DNA of 63,978 bases, the filler included, from Xylographa opegraphella (Eukaryota), in assembly GCA_022813865.1 (NCBI GenBank). It is 3 parts of 3 records of this genome, joined end to end, with 100 filler letters (N's around TTAATTAATTAA, not from the genome) between each part and the next. Parts side by side here need not be neighbours in the genome. Positions count along the whole stretch, not along the records: positions 48,968 to 63,978 come from JALDZX010000154.1; 2 more parts are not named here. One strand, given 5' to 3'. The notes under the pieces were generated by a model. It made no database searches. It worked only from the letters and a program-made list of their open reading frames with translations, and was not told the origin of the DNA. A program made the position numbers and the translations under genes. This document shows positions 61,961-63,978 of the stretch, piece after piece (positions within the stretch are counted from its first letter, which is position 1; the number at the start of each line of letters is the position of its first letter).

Positions 61961-63920
61961 AATATATTAAATTATATAATAATATGTCATAATGTAAATA
62001 ACTAATCAGTGTAATATAATACATAAAGAACGTGATATTATTGTAAAAACTACGTAAATAACGTTGATTATATAAACTACTTTAAATTTACGTAAAATTA
62101 CGTAAAATTACGTATATATTATTTAATTAAATATAAAATTCGGTTAAAATAATATTCGATTAACCGATTCGAACATTCGATTAACCGATTCGAACATTCG
62201 ATTATTAATTAATAATAAACTCGAAATAAAAAATTTATATTATAATATACCTCTTTAAGTTTTATAATCGTATAACGATAAAATCTGTAATTCAAAGCTA
62301 AAAATAATCGAAAATAATCGAAAATAATCGATTTAAAATAAATATAAAATTTAAATAATAAGTTATAAACAATTACACATAATAAAAACGATGAAAAATA
62401 ATATTTAAAACGAGTTTCGAATTTATGATTTTAACGTATTTTTATTATTTATAACGTTTTTTAACGTTTTTTTATTTCTTATTATCGCCTTCGCTACTAT
62501 TTTCTCAGCGATTAATTATATTTTATTAATATTTCGCAATTCGAATTAATTAATAAACTTTTAACATTTTTATTTAAATAAAAATTTAATAAATTCGCTC
62601 GTAAATATTTAATCCGTAATTAATTATTCGAATTTTAAACTTAAAAACTCTTTTTATATTAAATTAAATAGCGAACTTATTTGTTATTTTTTTAATATTG
62701 TTTTAATATAATATTTTTACGAAAGCCAGGCGAGTCTTTTAAAATCAGCGCGTTAAACACGAATCTTTAAAAATTAATTAAACTTATTAAAAATTTAAAT
62801 TTATAAATTAAAATAAATTCCGTTTTGATTTATTACGTTTTTTTACAGTACGTTAACATGATATTACTAATAAAAAACAAAAGTCTTGTCGTAATAAAAT
62901 CAATAATTAACGTTAAAAATCGAATATAAATCAATCGTTTTAAAAATCGCCGTAAATATTTATTATTATAAATAAAATAACCCTTTTAAGCTATATAAAG
63001 TTTTAAAAAATAATAATACGAATTTTTTACGTTCGAATTCGTTTAAAGATTTAATTTATAAATAATAAAATAATTTTAAATTTGAAAATATATTAATTAC
63101 GTTTGCCTGTCAGGTTTTCAATTCGAAAAAACGATTCAAATAATAAATATTCGAAATTTTTTTAATTAAAATATTAATATATAATTTTTTTTATCGCCTG
63201 TAAATTTTCACTTGCGTAAATACGATTTTTTCATTTAATTGATTCGTTAAATTGATTTTTAAATATTTAAATAAAAAATAAAATTTATTATTTGAGTTCG
63301 ACGTCGTTAATGACGATTTATTTAAAAATATTTTTAATTTAAATTTTATTTTATTTTTTGATTATTAATTTTTCTATAAAATACGATTTTTATAATTTTT
63401 AATTTAGCCTTAATATCGCGGCTTAAATTTTAAATTTTATTTATTAAATATTTGTAACGATTCCGCCTCTTATTAATATAATTCGATTTGGAATCTGGGT
63501 TGAATTCGTCAATAAATAAATAAAAAAAACACGGTAACAGGTTTATAATTTCCTAAAAATAATAATTTTCGTACAGTAGTATATTAAAGTTTAGTAATTT
63601 AAAATTATAATATAAATTGAACACGTCTTTTATAACAAAGGAAATTCTTTATTTTATATAAATTTTTTTTTAAAATGCCTTCCATGCCTCCGTAGAAAAA
63701 CAACCGAGGCAAAAGGGTCATGCCGCCCATGCCTCCCTAGGGGGGCAGTGGAGGCACCCGGAATAAGGTTCCCCCAATCCCTGTTTCACACAGCATTGGT
63801 CAGAACCTTATCACTATTTCGCGTATATAAAAATCGTTATTATTAAATAACTTTATTATTAATTAAAGGCGATAAACGCTGCGAATTCAAATTGAAAACG
63901 TTTATTAACGTACGTGTTAA
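61960..63920. mobile_element. AT-rich RIP-like degenerate transposon relic(s)
   Basis: About 2 kb of very high AT with retained CpG, short tandem duplications (e.g. aaaataatcg x3 at 62301-62330), no ORFs. Confidence 0.65.
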
Positions 63921-63978
63921 GGTTCTCACCTTGACCAGGTAAGCTACCACCAGTTGGGACTAGCGGCAACGGGAAGCA

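Overview
Eukaryotic, intron-containing DNA from a filamentous ascomycete (Pezizomycotina; a lichen-forming lineage is plausible but not provable here). About 24 protein-coding loci were reconstructed by splicing by eye. Housekeeping genes: RRP36, a WHIM1-domain protein, RPL2, a BAR protein, STH1/SNF21, glutaminyl cyclase, MSH6, RRN9, RPB10 (absent from the ORF track) and UTP17/NAN1. Accessory blocks: (i) ankyrin + SnoaL-like + phosphatidylserine decarboxylase; (ii) a backbone-less cluster of two paralogous CYP7/CYP8-like P450s (sharing a 6-nt micro-exon and an Asn-rich I-helix), a PTH11-like GPCR and a CYP52-clan P450, the most interesting candidate system; (iii) a decaying block at 50-62 kb in which a GH31 glucosidase, a secreted Ser/Thr-rich protein and a dipeptidyl peptidase V are disrupted while RPB10 and UTP17 are intact. 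AT-rich, RIP-like relics that conspicuously retain CpG flank these blocks. Two 100-bp N/TTAATTAATTAA/N spacers are assembly joins, so adjacency across 24.7 kb and 48.9 kb is unverified. No rRNA, tRNA or CRISPR array was seen. All family assignments come from motif recognition, not database searches.
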